A stretch of DNA of 63,166 nt, the filler included, from Sphacelaria rigidula (Eukaryota): the NCBI GenBank assembly GCA_964200075.2. It is 11 parts of 11 records of this genome, joined end to end, with 100 filler letters (N's around TTAATTAATTAA, not from the genome) between each part and the next. Parts side by side here need not be neighbours in the genome. Positions count along the whole stretch, not along the records: positions 34,512 to 40,162 come from CAXNAA020025553.1; positions 40,263 to 45,913 come from CAXNAA020025554.1; positions 46,014 to 51,664 come from CAXNAA020025555.1; 8 more parts are not named here. One strand, written 5' to 3'. Under the pieces are notes generated by a model, which was not told where the DNA came from, searched no databases, and saw only the letters and a list, made by a program, of their open reading frames with translations. This document shows positions 37,601 through 49,005 of this stretch, one piece after another; the stretch's first letter is position 1, and every line of letters begins with the position of its first letter. The translations under genes were made by a program, and so were the position numbers.

Positions 37601-39264
37601 ACATCACGTACTCCGAGTGCTCCATCAAGTGTGTTGGTTAACCCACAGAGCAACACGTACTTTTCTTGTTTTTTCGTGTAGCTTTCAACCACTCACAAAA
37701 ATGAGGGAATATAGGCATAATAAAATGAAAATAAATGTGAGACTCAAATAAAGAGTAAACCGGCATCGTGCGCGAAAAAGAAGAGAGACAAAAAAAACGC
37801 ATGAGCCAGAGAAACTGCGTACAACTACGAGCTGGGCCAGCCTAAAAACGGATTTAAGCTCTCAAAGCAATAACTCATCGACGTAGACGAGTTGGGCCAT
37901 GATCCACATATCGTATCAATCGTCTAATCAAGGAGAAGGTGCTCATCTGCTCAACAATCTGGGCGAATGTTTTCTCGTTGATTAAACCCCATGTCTAGTA
38001 ATTCCTATACCGTACGGAGATAGCGCCCAGACTAAAATCTATATGAAACCCCGAACGACACATACAGCGGATGATGACGACTTTTGTTGTGGACCTTTCC
38101 TGGAGCGCGGGGAGACGATACATACCCTCACTTTTACCCAGTTCGTACTCTATCTCGAGATATGGCACACATGATGTTTTACACTGAAATCAATATATTA
38201 CGGGCAGAGGCACTAGATGCCCCAAGTCTGGATATCGCGTCTCATTTTTTGAAAGTTGTGCTATGAAATCTGATATGGAGAACCGCTGGTGCATCATGAA
38301 ATTAAAAAAAAACAGCTTATAACTTTTTTTTCCGTTTTTTCTAGGGGAGTTTCGAGGAGAAAGGGACGTTGGTTCTTGGATCTTATTTCAATTTTTCAAC
38401 TCAATTATTGAAATTCTGATTCGCCACTTCGCGTGGAGAAAGACAGAGGTATGCTGAATAGAAAAAAAATGAGCCTTCATTTTTTTGTTCGAGAGAGGTT
38501 CGGGCGTTCTCGAAGTAAAAAGGTCGTTGCCATACTAAAACGCCCTGAATCAGTGAAAAAAATGCATAAAAACCAACCTCACCCATTTTTCTTGGTTCAT
38601 CATGACCTAGCGAGGTCCCGCACAAAGTTTCAATCCATAAACACCAAGCGTGGGCTGATAAACGGCCTGCCAAATACGGTTCCGAACTTCCGCCGGCCCG
38701 GTTTTTAAAAGGCGAATTCGCAATTTTTTTCTTCGAGTTGGACTGAAAATTGGTATGGACAATCAACAGGGCATGAAGAAAAGCTGTCTGTGGGGTCTCA
38801 AAGTTTTCTTGTTTTTTTCATGAGCTAAGGCCAATATTCAGTTCCAAGATTATAGTAACATGCTGGTAAAATACAAAAAAAAAATGGGACCCCACAGACA
38901 GCTTTTTATCACACCTTGTATATCGTCCATACCAAATTTCACTGTCCAACTCCAGGTAAAGATTGCGAATTCACCTGCAAACTACAAATCCGTTTCTAGA
39001 CTCCCAGCTCGTACCGTACACAGCTGAAAAGGCAAAACAAGTTATGTTGCGTCGGGCATGCAGGTGCCACCAGAATATGAGGAGCAGACGGGCTCCGACC
39101 GTGCTGCAGTGGGTTGCCAAGCAAGTATGCCGACTTGGTATGACCGTACTATGGTGGAGCTCCACACTGTGGTGGCGCACCAAAAGCCCTCTACGCGCCC
39201 CGAGTGTGGCGGGGCTGCGACTGTGCGAACAAAATACGCCGTCATCTTTATTATTCAGAATCAC

Positions 39265-39355
39265 CTTGACGGCATTCCCGTCGTGCTTAAACCGGCGCAG
39301 CATGGCGTACACCACCAAGAAACCCGACACGAAGAAAAATGTGTCGACTGAAAAC
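39265..39355 (-). CDS. Acyltransferase-3 family (NRF-6/OAC-like O-acyltransferase), exon a
   Basis: cag|(R)FSVDTFFFVSGFLVVYAMLRRFKHDGNAVK|gt. VD.FF.xSGFL is the family hallmark. Confidence 0.88.
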
Positions 39356-40262
39356 CTGTTGTTTTTCGTCAAGCAAAAACAAAGTTCACGAACACAAACA
39401 ACAAAGGCAACAACCGTAACAACAACCAGAGGAAACAACGATCGGACGAGAGGGACGGAAACAAAAACATGGCAGAATAAAGATGAATACGAAACCAGCA
39501 TGGTATCGGCGGGAGATACCGCGATACGTGTTCACGGACAAGAAATCGCGAGAAATCAGCATATCAACATCGACGGCACAATCTTCATCGTCCAGCACAC
39601 TTCACCCTATCCAAGTCCACGGGAGCAATGCACTGTACTACTCGTCATGCAGTGCATCTTCCCGCTCGATTTCTTCGTGTCCAACGCGTGGTATTACCCC
39701 CCGCCCCCCCCCCTAGCCTGGTCCGGCGAGAGCCCGGCGTGCTCCGTCCACGCTTTGTAGGGGCGGACCCCCGATGGGGTTGGCGTCCGTTGGCGATGAC
39801 TCTATTAAACACGCCACTCACTGCGTAAGCTAGGCAATCAGGTTACCGAATGTTTTGGCGCACTTGCGTCTTTTTTTTTGCGGTAACCATGATGGTAGTC
39901 GAGCTAGATCATGTTGTGCGGCGTGGGAGAACCTCAACTCCACACAACAGGGATGATCGTACTACGTGGTGTTTAAATGGTGAGACACCCATGACGCAGC
40001 GTATAAGCCGTGGCTGTCTCTGGAAGTGACGATACCAAATAATAAAGCAACTAATGGCTGGCTGTCATCCAAATGCAAGATAAATCAGTACGCTTTGTGC
40101 TGAACAATGTTAGCATGATGCAGCTCACCCTTCATGCGACTGGCCAAGCACACCACGGCGCTNNNNNNNNNNNNNNNNNNNNNNNNNNNNNNNNNNNNNN
40201 NNNNNNTTAATTAATTAANNNNNNNNNNNNNNNNNNNNNNNNNNNNNNNNNNNNNNNNNNNN

Positions 40263-40433
40263 CTCCCGCTTTTCCCTTATCCATGCGTACTCTTCAACTT
40301 TGCATCCTATTTCTACCTCCTCTTTCTCCCATGACTCTTGAATTCCTACTACGTCTAGGTCGTGTTTACTCACTTGTTGCGCTATCTTTCCTTGTTTGTG
40401 TTTGTCTGTGGCGAAGCCACACACGTTCCACAC
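40263..40433 (-). mobile_element. LINE ORF2 N-terminus (APE endonuclease), truncated by scaffold end
   Basis: WNVCGFATDKHKQGKIAQQVSKHDLDVVGIQESW carries the WNV.G and D...QE motifs. Confidence 0.8.
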
Positions 40434-41423
40434 TACGCGGGGGGGTGGGGGGGGGGAGGGTGTACTCTTTTGTCGCTTGCCGAAGTCGTTTGATCATTTA
40501 CCACGCATCCATTTCGGGACGGGGCAAAAGCTTTATTTTTCACCGGGAGTACTCTTGGGTTCAGTTGATTGATCAGGGCACAAGATCTTTATGCTGATAT
40601 CTGTTTACAAAACTAACACAAAAAACACACGGCAGAACATTCGACTCCTGACTTGTGCAGGTTTCGCGAGTTAACTTCGAAGTGAAAAGTATTCAAAACA
40701 AATAGTATCATTACCATTTCCCTTTTGCCGCATGAGATTTCCGTATTGACCCCCCTTCTTTGACCTGTGTAGTCCTTTCTGCCATCCGCGCGTTGTGGCG
40801 AAGAGTCTCCTGTCCCGTTTGTTCCTTGCCTCAGTCGTTTGACCATTGACCACGCATCCCTCTCGAGACGGAGCATGTCCCGTCGGGGGGGGGGCGTACT
40901 CATTGGGGGGGGGGGGGGGCATTGGCTCCATGCGAACAAAAAACCAATACTAAAAACTTTNNNNNNNNNNCCCGGCCTCCCCCGCGGCGGCGCGCGGCCC
41001 GGCGGGCGGGCGCGGAACCCGGGGCGGGGGGGGGGGGGGGGCATAGGCTTCATGCGAACACAAAACTCATACTAAAAGCTTTGCGCGACAAGTAGTGCGT
41101 TTTTTTCTGTAATACAGCTCATATTTAGTCACACTTTTGATCCCTCCTCTTCCTCGGGACGAGTCCGTGGTCTCAAGGGATCAACTCATCTCTCACGCGG
41201 TACGTGCCTTGCACTTTGGTCTCGCGGATTGAATCATGACCCGCATGCACTTGCGCACCACGTGGACTCCGTTCAAACCAAATTCAGTCGAACAAACTCT
41301 TCTATGCTACTCTGGTACGTTCTCACGCTTGCCACGGGAAAAATCAGATACAAGTACTTGAAAAAAAAAAAGCCATCCGGCGGGAATCGAGTCCGCGTTT
41401 TTTTTTTTTTCCTAACGGTGTAA

Positions 41424-41812
41424 GTAGATGCACAGAATTGCCCCCTGTGGCAAAGCAATAGAGAGTACAACTTATGTAGTGGCAAGATGTGAAATATACA
41501 AGGACGAACGGGGCGTGCTAGAGGGGGAAATGCGGGACGTGAACGAAGGTGGAATGCAATCGTTTGATGCATTAGACAGTAGGGAGAAAACGATGGTTAT
41601 ACTAGAAAATAGATGGTCGCCACAGACGGCGAAACAGGACGGGGGTAAGATATGTAAATGGTCTTTGTGTAATGTACGGAAGAAACGTAATGAGCGCCGG
41701 AATGTCCGAAGTGTCTCTATTGAAAGTAGGAACGATGCTCCGTCTCGGAAGGGATGCGTGGTCAATGGTCAAACGACTAAGGCAAGCAACAAATGAGTAC
41801 CCCCCCCCCCCC
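41424..41812 (+). mobile_element. LINE ORF2 C-terminus (family B) ending in poly(C)
   Basis: (C)PCGKAIESTTYVVARCEIYKDER...KKRNERRNV...APSRKGCVVNGQTTKASNK* followed by GTAC-C12. Shorter copies at 11600, 19190, 27003, 28290, 40440 and 40820. Confidence 0.75.
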
Positions 41813-41903
41813 TGCCCGCCCTAACGATGTAAGTTGGATCAGACCGCCCGGGACGCGGCAAATATTGCAACGAGTCATTGATTGTAGGAGTCACCCCCGT
41901 GCA

Positions 41904-42171
41904 CAAATTACTCCGAAGTAGATGCTGAACACATACAGGGTAGCCAAATCTCTCCCTTTCGTTCCGTAAACGCAGAACCTTACTACTACCCTGAGCGTCT
42001 CACATCGACAGCCGAAATGCTGCAGCCGGCTTGGAGCAAATTACTCCGGAGTAGATGCTGAACACATACAGGGTAGCCAAATCTCTCCCTTTCGTTCCGT
42101 AAATGCAGAACCTTACTACTACCCTGAGCGTCTCACATCGACAGCCGAAATGCTGCAGCCGGCTTGGAGCA
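41904..42171. repeat. 133-bp tandem duplication
   Basis: CAAATTACTCCG...GCCGGCTTGGAG occurs twice, nearly identical. Confidence 0.92.
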
Positions 42172-42292
42172 GCGCAGCGGCGATTTTCATGTGCTCTCGC
42201 TGCCCCCGTCTTGCGGCGACCATCAATGGTGTCTGGCGGGCGCCGCTTGCTCGAAAGTCAGGATCAGCATTGCGCTGCAGCAACAACTCCGC
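42137..42292 (-). CDS. Ankyrin-repeat protein, exon 2 (not in the ORF track)
   Basis: tag|AELLLQRNADPDFRASGARQTPLMVAARRGQREHMKIAAALLQAGCSISAVD|gtgaga. TPL..AA..G motif, in phase with exon 1. Confidence 0.85.
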
Positions 42293-42711
42293 CTAGTGTG
42301 CCGTTCAACAAACCACACACGAGCAAACACAGACGGGAACGAGAGATAGGCACAGACCGGAAAACAGAAAAGAGGCGAGCGGACAGAGGGAGGCGGGCAG
42401 AGAGACAGAGGGGATAGGACTCTGAGCCACCAATCTGTGTGTGAAAATTCGTTCCGTCGTCGTTAACCCTACCTTTTTCATGAGGGAGACAGGAAACCGA
42501 ACAAGAGCCATCGAATTCTTTTTTTGTTTATGGCCCTTCGACTAGAGACACACTTCTGATGTCCGCCCGTTTCTGCACTTATTGGAGGATCACCAATCAT
42601 TATTGATGCTTAACGAAATAAAAAAGCAGTCATGAAAAAGACGGATGAGTTGATTCCATACATATATACATGACTACAAGTGAACTGGGAGAGAGATGGA
42701 TGGGTTGATTC

Positions 42712-43296
42712 CGAGGTCGTGTTCTGCAGGGTACGGGTATGTTCTGTAGGGTATGAGATTCCTTACATAATTTACAGAAATATCGGGTGGCGGTATGAAA
42801 GCCTTGAAGAAATGACAAAACTGTCGGGTACCGGTACTGGAAGCAAGTCTAACAGAAATTACAGAACTTGTCGGGTACGGTATGGGAAGCTTACAGAAAA
42901 ACCGTACCGGCAATCGGGTATTTCTTCAAGAGCATACCCGCCCTCCGGGTACGGGTAATCAGTCCGTACGAAACTCACAGAAACGGTCGGGTGGGGTAAA
43001 GAGGTTGAACAGAATAACGTATCCGCAAACGGGTATCTTCGTCAAGAGCATACCCGTGCCCCCTGGTAACGGTACAGGAGGCTTACAGAGCTCACAGAAC
43101 TATCGGGTGAGAGTATGAAAGTCTTAAGGAGATTACAGCACTGTCGGGTACCGGTATGGCAGACTTACAGAGTTTACAGAACGATCGGCTACCGGTGTGA
43201 GAGTCTTACAGAGTTTACAGATGTGTCGGGTACGGTAAATACCCGGGAAAATACCCCGAGTATACAAAAAACCGTACCCTACATAACACAACTTTG
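42712..43296. mobile_element. Non-autonomous hAT-like element with internal ACAGAAC..TCGGGTA repeats
   Basis: Imperfect 25-bp TIR (CGAGGTCGTGTTCTGCAGGGTACGG vs reverse complement CAAAGTTGTGTTATGTAGGGTACGG). 8-bp flanks GTTGATTC/TTTGATTG. Confidence 0.6.
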
Positions 43297-43587
43297 TTTG
43301 ATTGCTTCTGACTACGGACTCATCACGAGGAAGGAGGGAGGGTCAAGATATGACGAAAAAGACAAGAGATATTAATGGACACTCTCGTAGCCAAGTGGTC
43401 AGCGTTCCAACGCACGCCACCTTCCCCCCCGCCCCCATGCCGTCGCCGTACCACGATTTCATTCATGCAACGGACTTGATCTATGCCCAAGCCCTGCCGA
43501 CAAACTCTCGGGCTCGTCGTGACGGCCGACTCACTCAAGAGTGTTCCAAACGTGACTAAAAACACAACAAAGGGATCTCAGCAGGGC

Positions 43588-43688
43588 AGAGAGAGAGAGA
43601 GAGAGAGAAAGAGATAGACAGCGACAGACAGGCAGAGGCAGAGGCAGAGACAGAGACAGAGACAGAGACAGTGACACACACACACACA
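43588..43688. repeat. Compound microsatellite (GA)n/(GGCAGA)n/(GACAGA)n/(CA)n
   Basis: Directly visible in the sequence. Confidence 0.9.
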
Positions 43689-44182
43689 GGAGCATTCTGC
43701 TTTTCATTGACGGTAGAAAGAGGAATATATTTGGATGCTGTACTCACGAATGATTCGCATATTCTTCGTGTAAGAGTATTACTTTTTCTCGAGTTTTCTT
43801 ATAAGCCAGCGTGTGACTTCGCTTCATTTTACGTCTAGTACATACGTTATTCGCCATACGTCCATCTCGTCACTCATCATGACTGGATTCGTTCGTGGCA
43901 GATGCAGTTGGATATGCGACACTCAAATCAACCAAAATCGATCAATCAACCAACCAATCAGCCAGTTGGTCTTGCAGGGGTCGTGACACGTCAAACACGG
44001 TTTTCGAGTAGTCACCTACCTGCAACCACCTCACTTCCCCCGCCCCCTACCCAAAACCGACCCCGTGCGAAAACGCCGGCGATAAGTACCCTCTCCCTTC
44101 CATCGCCCAAGGGCGCATGTACATACACTAGATACAGACAAGAACAGTATACGTGGGAGAGCAGGTCATCACCACAGCACAC

Positions 44183-44482
44183 CTTACGAACGTTGCCGAA
44201 GGCAGCCGCATGATGCAAGAGCCCGAACCCGCGCTCATCATGGCCTTCGTCCGTCAGCTTGGGGTTACGCAAAAACGGCTCGGACCTAGCCTCCGCGGTG
44301 ATGACTACCGGTGGCTGCGCGGGTGGCGGAAGTATCGCCCACTTCTGTGATTGTGGTTGTTGATGTCGATCTTGATGACGCATCTGCTGTTGCTGTCCTT
44401 GGCCGTGCGCGAAAAGTCTCTCCAGCGCCAGGTCGTTGAGTGAGGCGTCGGGGGCCTCCCTCGGCCGCACGCCCGCGTCCAT
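44183..44482 (-). CDS. Ankyrin-repeat protein, probable first exon
   Basis: ATG...MDAGVRPREAPDASLNDLALERLF...HDERGFGLLHHAAAFGNVRK|gtgtgc, 100 codons. Confidence 0.75.
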
Positions 44483-44527
44483 CTTTTTTGTGGGGGTTTG
44501 TTTGTAGGGGAGCAGAATTTGGATCGA

Positions 44528-44561
<34 letters not shown>

Positions 44562-46157
44562 AAAGTCCAAATTATTTTATCCATTGAATTCGATGACTTG
44601 ATGACTTGAGAACGATTAAAAGGTTGATTTGGTTTCGACACATTAACAGATGATCCGCTGCAAATTCAGGAGTTGGAGTAGTAGTGCTGGTCACACGAGA
44701 TTGACGTCCCAATGTGAACAGAACGGAAAGAGATGATTGATCGATCGATGTCTCACCATGATTGGTTGGTTGGTTTACTCATCCATCGATGTGTCGCACA
44801 TTAGCAGATACTCCGCTCCGCTGCACAGCCAGCAGTCGTGGTCACCAACAAAGACGTACGTTTATCCTCAAGCCGTGCCCCGCTGGTCTAATGATAATGA
44901 TACAATTGACTTCGCCAAGTACGAAAAATGTGGGTTCGACTGCCGCCAGATGCGTCTAATATTTTTGAGCTTTTTACTCAGAAGTATCTGCTCTCCATCG
45001 ATGAAAGCTTAAGGACGTACGTGAGGAGAGAAAAAGACATTCTGTTTTGACCAGGTATGTATGTTTGATGAGAATCGACGCTGTGCGGGAAACAATGTTT
45101 TCGTGAGATTGAGAGTAGAGGATACGATTGAGAGTGAAATGCGGTCAATTGGTGAATGAATCGTTTCAGTTCCGAAATGCCCCTCCGCGAGGCCCGATAT
45201 GCTTCCCGTAGTAGCTTGCCACTGAGGCCCTTGATATCACTGAGTAGGATATCGACGTGTAGCTGTAAGCACACGCCAGTCAGTGATGGAGGCAAAGAAA
45301 AGCACACACTGAACGAAAAATTGGCCAAGTTGCGGCGAATGATCAAAGCCACTGTCACTCAGCGTTCTACTATCAATCTCACGAAAACGTTGTTGGGAGT
45401 GCTGATGGTCATGGTCTAACCCGCGATACCAGAATGTAAGGGAAAAAGAAAACAATAACCGCATTTATTTGCCGGCGGTTCGAGCCCTCTACCTCCCGTC
45501 CTAGCGCGCGACGGAGGAGTGATACTGTGATAGCACCCCTGGCCCGGCGAAAGCCCGGCGTGCTCCTTCCCGGCTTCGTAGGGATGTGAGGTCAATGGTC
45601 ATACGACCACGGCATGCAAGATCATCAGTAAGTACACCTCCCAGAAAAACGGCTGGTTTGAGGAAGCAAATCTGCATGTGAATCAAAATGACACAAAACG
45701 CCGACATCACCGAGCAGCCGGGAACTCCCATGCTTCGGATCGCTTCTGTCGCAGTGCCGCCTGTAATGAGGTGCTCGATGCAGTCCGAAATCAGCTATCA
45801 TGTGCTGTATGGCCACTTCCTTTGTGACAGTTTTGAGGCTGGTTTGGGAGGGAGAGAGGGGGGGGGGGGGCCTTCACTTCGCCCGCGGGGTGGCCTGGGT
45901 CCCGCGGCGGGGGNNNNNNNNNNNNNNNNNNNNNNNNNNNNNNNNNNNNNNNNNNNNTTAATTAATTAANNNNNNNNNNNNNNNNNNNNNNNNNNNNNNN
46001 NNNNNNNNNNNNNCGGTGCTGCTCCGTCCTGCAAGGAGTGTGTCGTAAATGATCACCCGACTTCCGGAACCAATAACTGGGCGCGCCCCCCCCCCCCCCT
46101 CCGGAAGCAGCATCGAGTACCACAACGAAGAAATCATTTTCACCGACAGAGTATCAC

Positions 46158-49005
46158 CTTTTTCTCTGCATCCTGTGCCATCTTGAACGCGAGATCCTTC
46201 TACGCCCTCATTTCATCAGCTCTTTCCGCAGCCTCCGCGGCTAGCATCTCGTACTCCAAGCGGCCTGCTCTGATCCCCCCAATGTCCCGGAGAGCCTTGG
46301 CTTCTGTAGCGAGGGCTTCACCGAGCCTGGTCTCTGTGGCGACCACGTACTCGTTGAGCTCTTGGACCTGACACATTCAGTCACGGAGGGTGTACTCATG
46401 AGATGAGGACATCCTCCGTGGCTGAATGCATCAAGTCCAAGCGCTCAACGAGTACGTGGTCGCCACAGAGACCAGGCTGAGTGCAGCCCTCGCTACAGAG
46501 GCCAAGGCTCTCCGGGACATTGGAGGAATCAGAGAAGACCGCTCGGAGTACGAGATGCTAGCCGCGGAGGCTGCAGAACGAGCTGAAGGTATGAGGGAAG
46601 AGAAGGATCTCGCGTTCAAGATGGCACAGGATGCGGAGAAGAAGGTGATAATTCTGCCGGTGACAATGATTTCTTCGCTGTGGTACTTGATGCCGTCTTT
46701 GGAAATAAGGGGGGAAAGAAATGCGGTTGCAAAGCTTGGGTGCTGAGCTCTTGGACCTGACACATTCAGCCACGGAGGGAGGAATAAACCGAGAGCGGGA
46801 GGTGACGGAACTTCAAGAACTACGTCCGTATCTACGGTGGAGCTACTGTGGTGAACGCATTTGTTTTTGGAAACACCCGGCTCGTCGAGAAGCATCTTGC
46901 CGGGATGTAAACAGATGGATCACCCTATCACCTTCTTATCTGCATCCTGTGCCATCTTGAACGCGAGATCCTTCTCCGCCCTCATACCATCAGCTCGTTC
47001 CGCAGCCTCCACGGCCAGCATCTCGTACTCGAAGCGGTCTTCTCTGACCCATTCAATGTCCCGGAGAGAAGGGATCAGAGGAGACCGCTTCGAGTACGAG
47101 ATGCTAGCCGCGGAGGCTGCGGAACGGACTGCTGGTATACAGGAAGAGAAGGATCTCGCGTTCAAGATGGCACAGGGTACGGAGAAGAAGGTGGTGATTT
47201 TGTCGGTGACAAAGCATTTTCCGTTGTGGTACTTGATGCCGTCTTTGGAAAGGAGGGGGGAAAGAAGAGCGGTTGCAAAGCTTGGGTGCTGAGCTCTTGG
47301 ACCTGACACATTCAGTCACGGAGGGAGGATAAACCGAGAGCGGGAGGTGACGAAACTTCGAGAACTACGTCAGCATCTACAGCAGAGCTACGGTGGCGTA
47401 CGTATGTCTTTCAGAAACACCCGGCTCGTCGGGAAGCAATGTGCCGGGATATGTAGTTTCCACCATCACGGTATGAGTTTCAACAACACAATATCAAGGG
47501 CAAACGCCATGTGTAGGAGTTGAAGCCATCGCTCGGTACGTATGTAGTACACTGCACATGGTGCTGAGGAACGAACGGAAACGCAATTCTTCCCTCATTA
47601 TGCCTTACGGTGATTCTCTCTGTCAATAGGACCAGTCCCCGACGCCGCAGTGCAGCTTGGAAACGGTGCTCACAAACTTGATGACGACGTAGGCGCTAGC
47701 CTCCCCTACCCTCCTTTGCCCCGTCGCGGAGTGGCTCAGGTGCACGAGCTGACTGAGCGCCGATCGGCGAGCAAGGAAAAGATGGTGTCCATGGATAACG
47801 AGATCACGCTGCGGTAGAGCAAGATGCCAAGGTAGGTGGCTCAAGTGTTGCCTTGAGTCAGGCCACTTGCCCTCAGTCAGACTACTTGCCTCGACATCTC
47901 GCGACGCCGCGGCGCTCAAGTCGCTCTCCATGGACACCATATTTTCCTCGCTCACTAACCCGCGCTCAGTCAGCAAGCGCCCCCGAGCCACTCAGCGACG
48001 GACGAGGGGAGGCGAGGCAAGGGCGCAACTTGTCTTGTTCAATTTCGTGAGCATTGTCTAGCAGCTACATCGCGGCGCCCGGCATGGGTGCTAGAGATAG
48101 AGAGCATCATTGCGAATCGCAGCACGAGAGCCATTCCGCTACCGCCCGTTTCGGGGTGCCACGGTGCAGTGCTACATGCGCACCAAGCGATAACGATTCA
48201 ATCTTCCCATGAAATATTCTTGTCTGAAAATGCACAGCTCTCATTGCAACATGCAAGGTGAAGTATATATATATATATATACTTCTTCATAAGCTGAAAC
48301 ATGTACACCTTTGTGTTCCTCTCCGGCAAATGATTGTACACCTGCTGGAAAATATATTGCTCAGCTTTGCGCGTCTCTCCAGTGTATAGTGATACGCCAG
48401 GGATAATGAAGAATACGAAGCAAGGCCGCTGTGGCTTTATCGAGTTTGTCGAGTTGGCGCAAGGAGGAATCTTCCCCCAGTAGCCCCGGAAGGCCATGAA
48501 CGTGACACCCCCTGTCAGTACGGCGCCCTACCTTGGCCTCACGCTGCGCCGCCTCGGCCTCTACCTGGGAGATCCTTTCCAGGGCCGCCCGCGTCCCACC
48601 CTCAGCGTCTACCGTCGCCCATCGCTCCTTCTCGAGGGAAGCCTGCATTGCTTCGTCGACATTCGTAGACCTGGTGACATGGTCCTTCAGCAGTTTTTGG
48701 GCGTCCGCCTGGAGCTGGCGGTGCGTCGACTCGGTACGTTCCATCTCCTCCGCTCTCTGGCGCTTCGCGTCCCGCAACATGCTCTTGACAACGTCGTTCC
48801 GGTGCTGCTGCGCTGCTAGCCAAGAAGTGAGATCCGAGATCTCCGACGTGGCCTTCATAACGGCAGTTTCGGCACTAGACTAAGCGCGAGCTTCGATCGC
48901 GTCTTGACGGGTGATCGCACGAGATTCGGCAGAAGAGAGAGCTGCTTCGCAGGCGTCGGCGGCGCTGCGCTTTACTTCGACGGATTCGGCGCTAGCTCTC
49001 GCAGC
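46158..49005 (-). pseudogene. Coiled-coil protein pseudogene with duplicated and inverted exons
   Basis: Exon 49005-48532 (AARASAESVEVKRS...EARA*SSAETAVMKATSE...EAEAAQREAK|gt) has an in-frame TAG. Exon 46367-46158 (VQELNEYVVATETRL...MRA*KDLAFKMAQDAEKK|gt) also has a TAG. An inverted copy at 46435-46644 has lost its acceptor AG. Confidence 0.7.

Noticed and set aside
43420..43520. Possible extra ankyrin-gene exon (GLGIDQVRCMNEIV...)
   Set aside because: Exons 1 and 2 already join into an intact ankyrin repeat, and this piece would change the phase.
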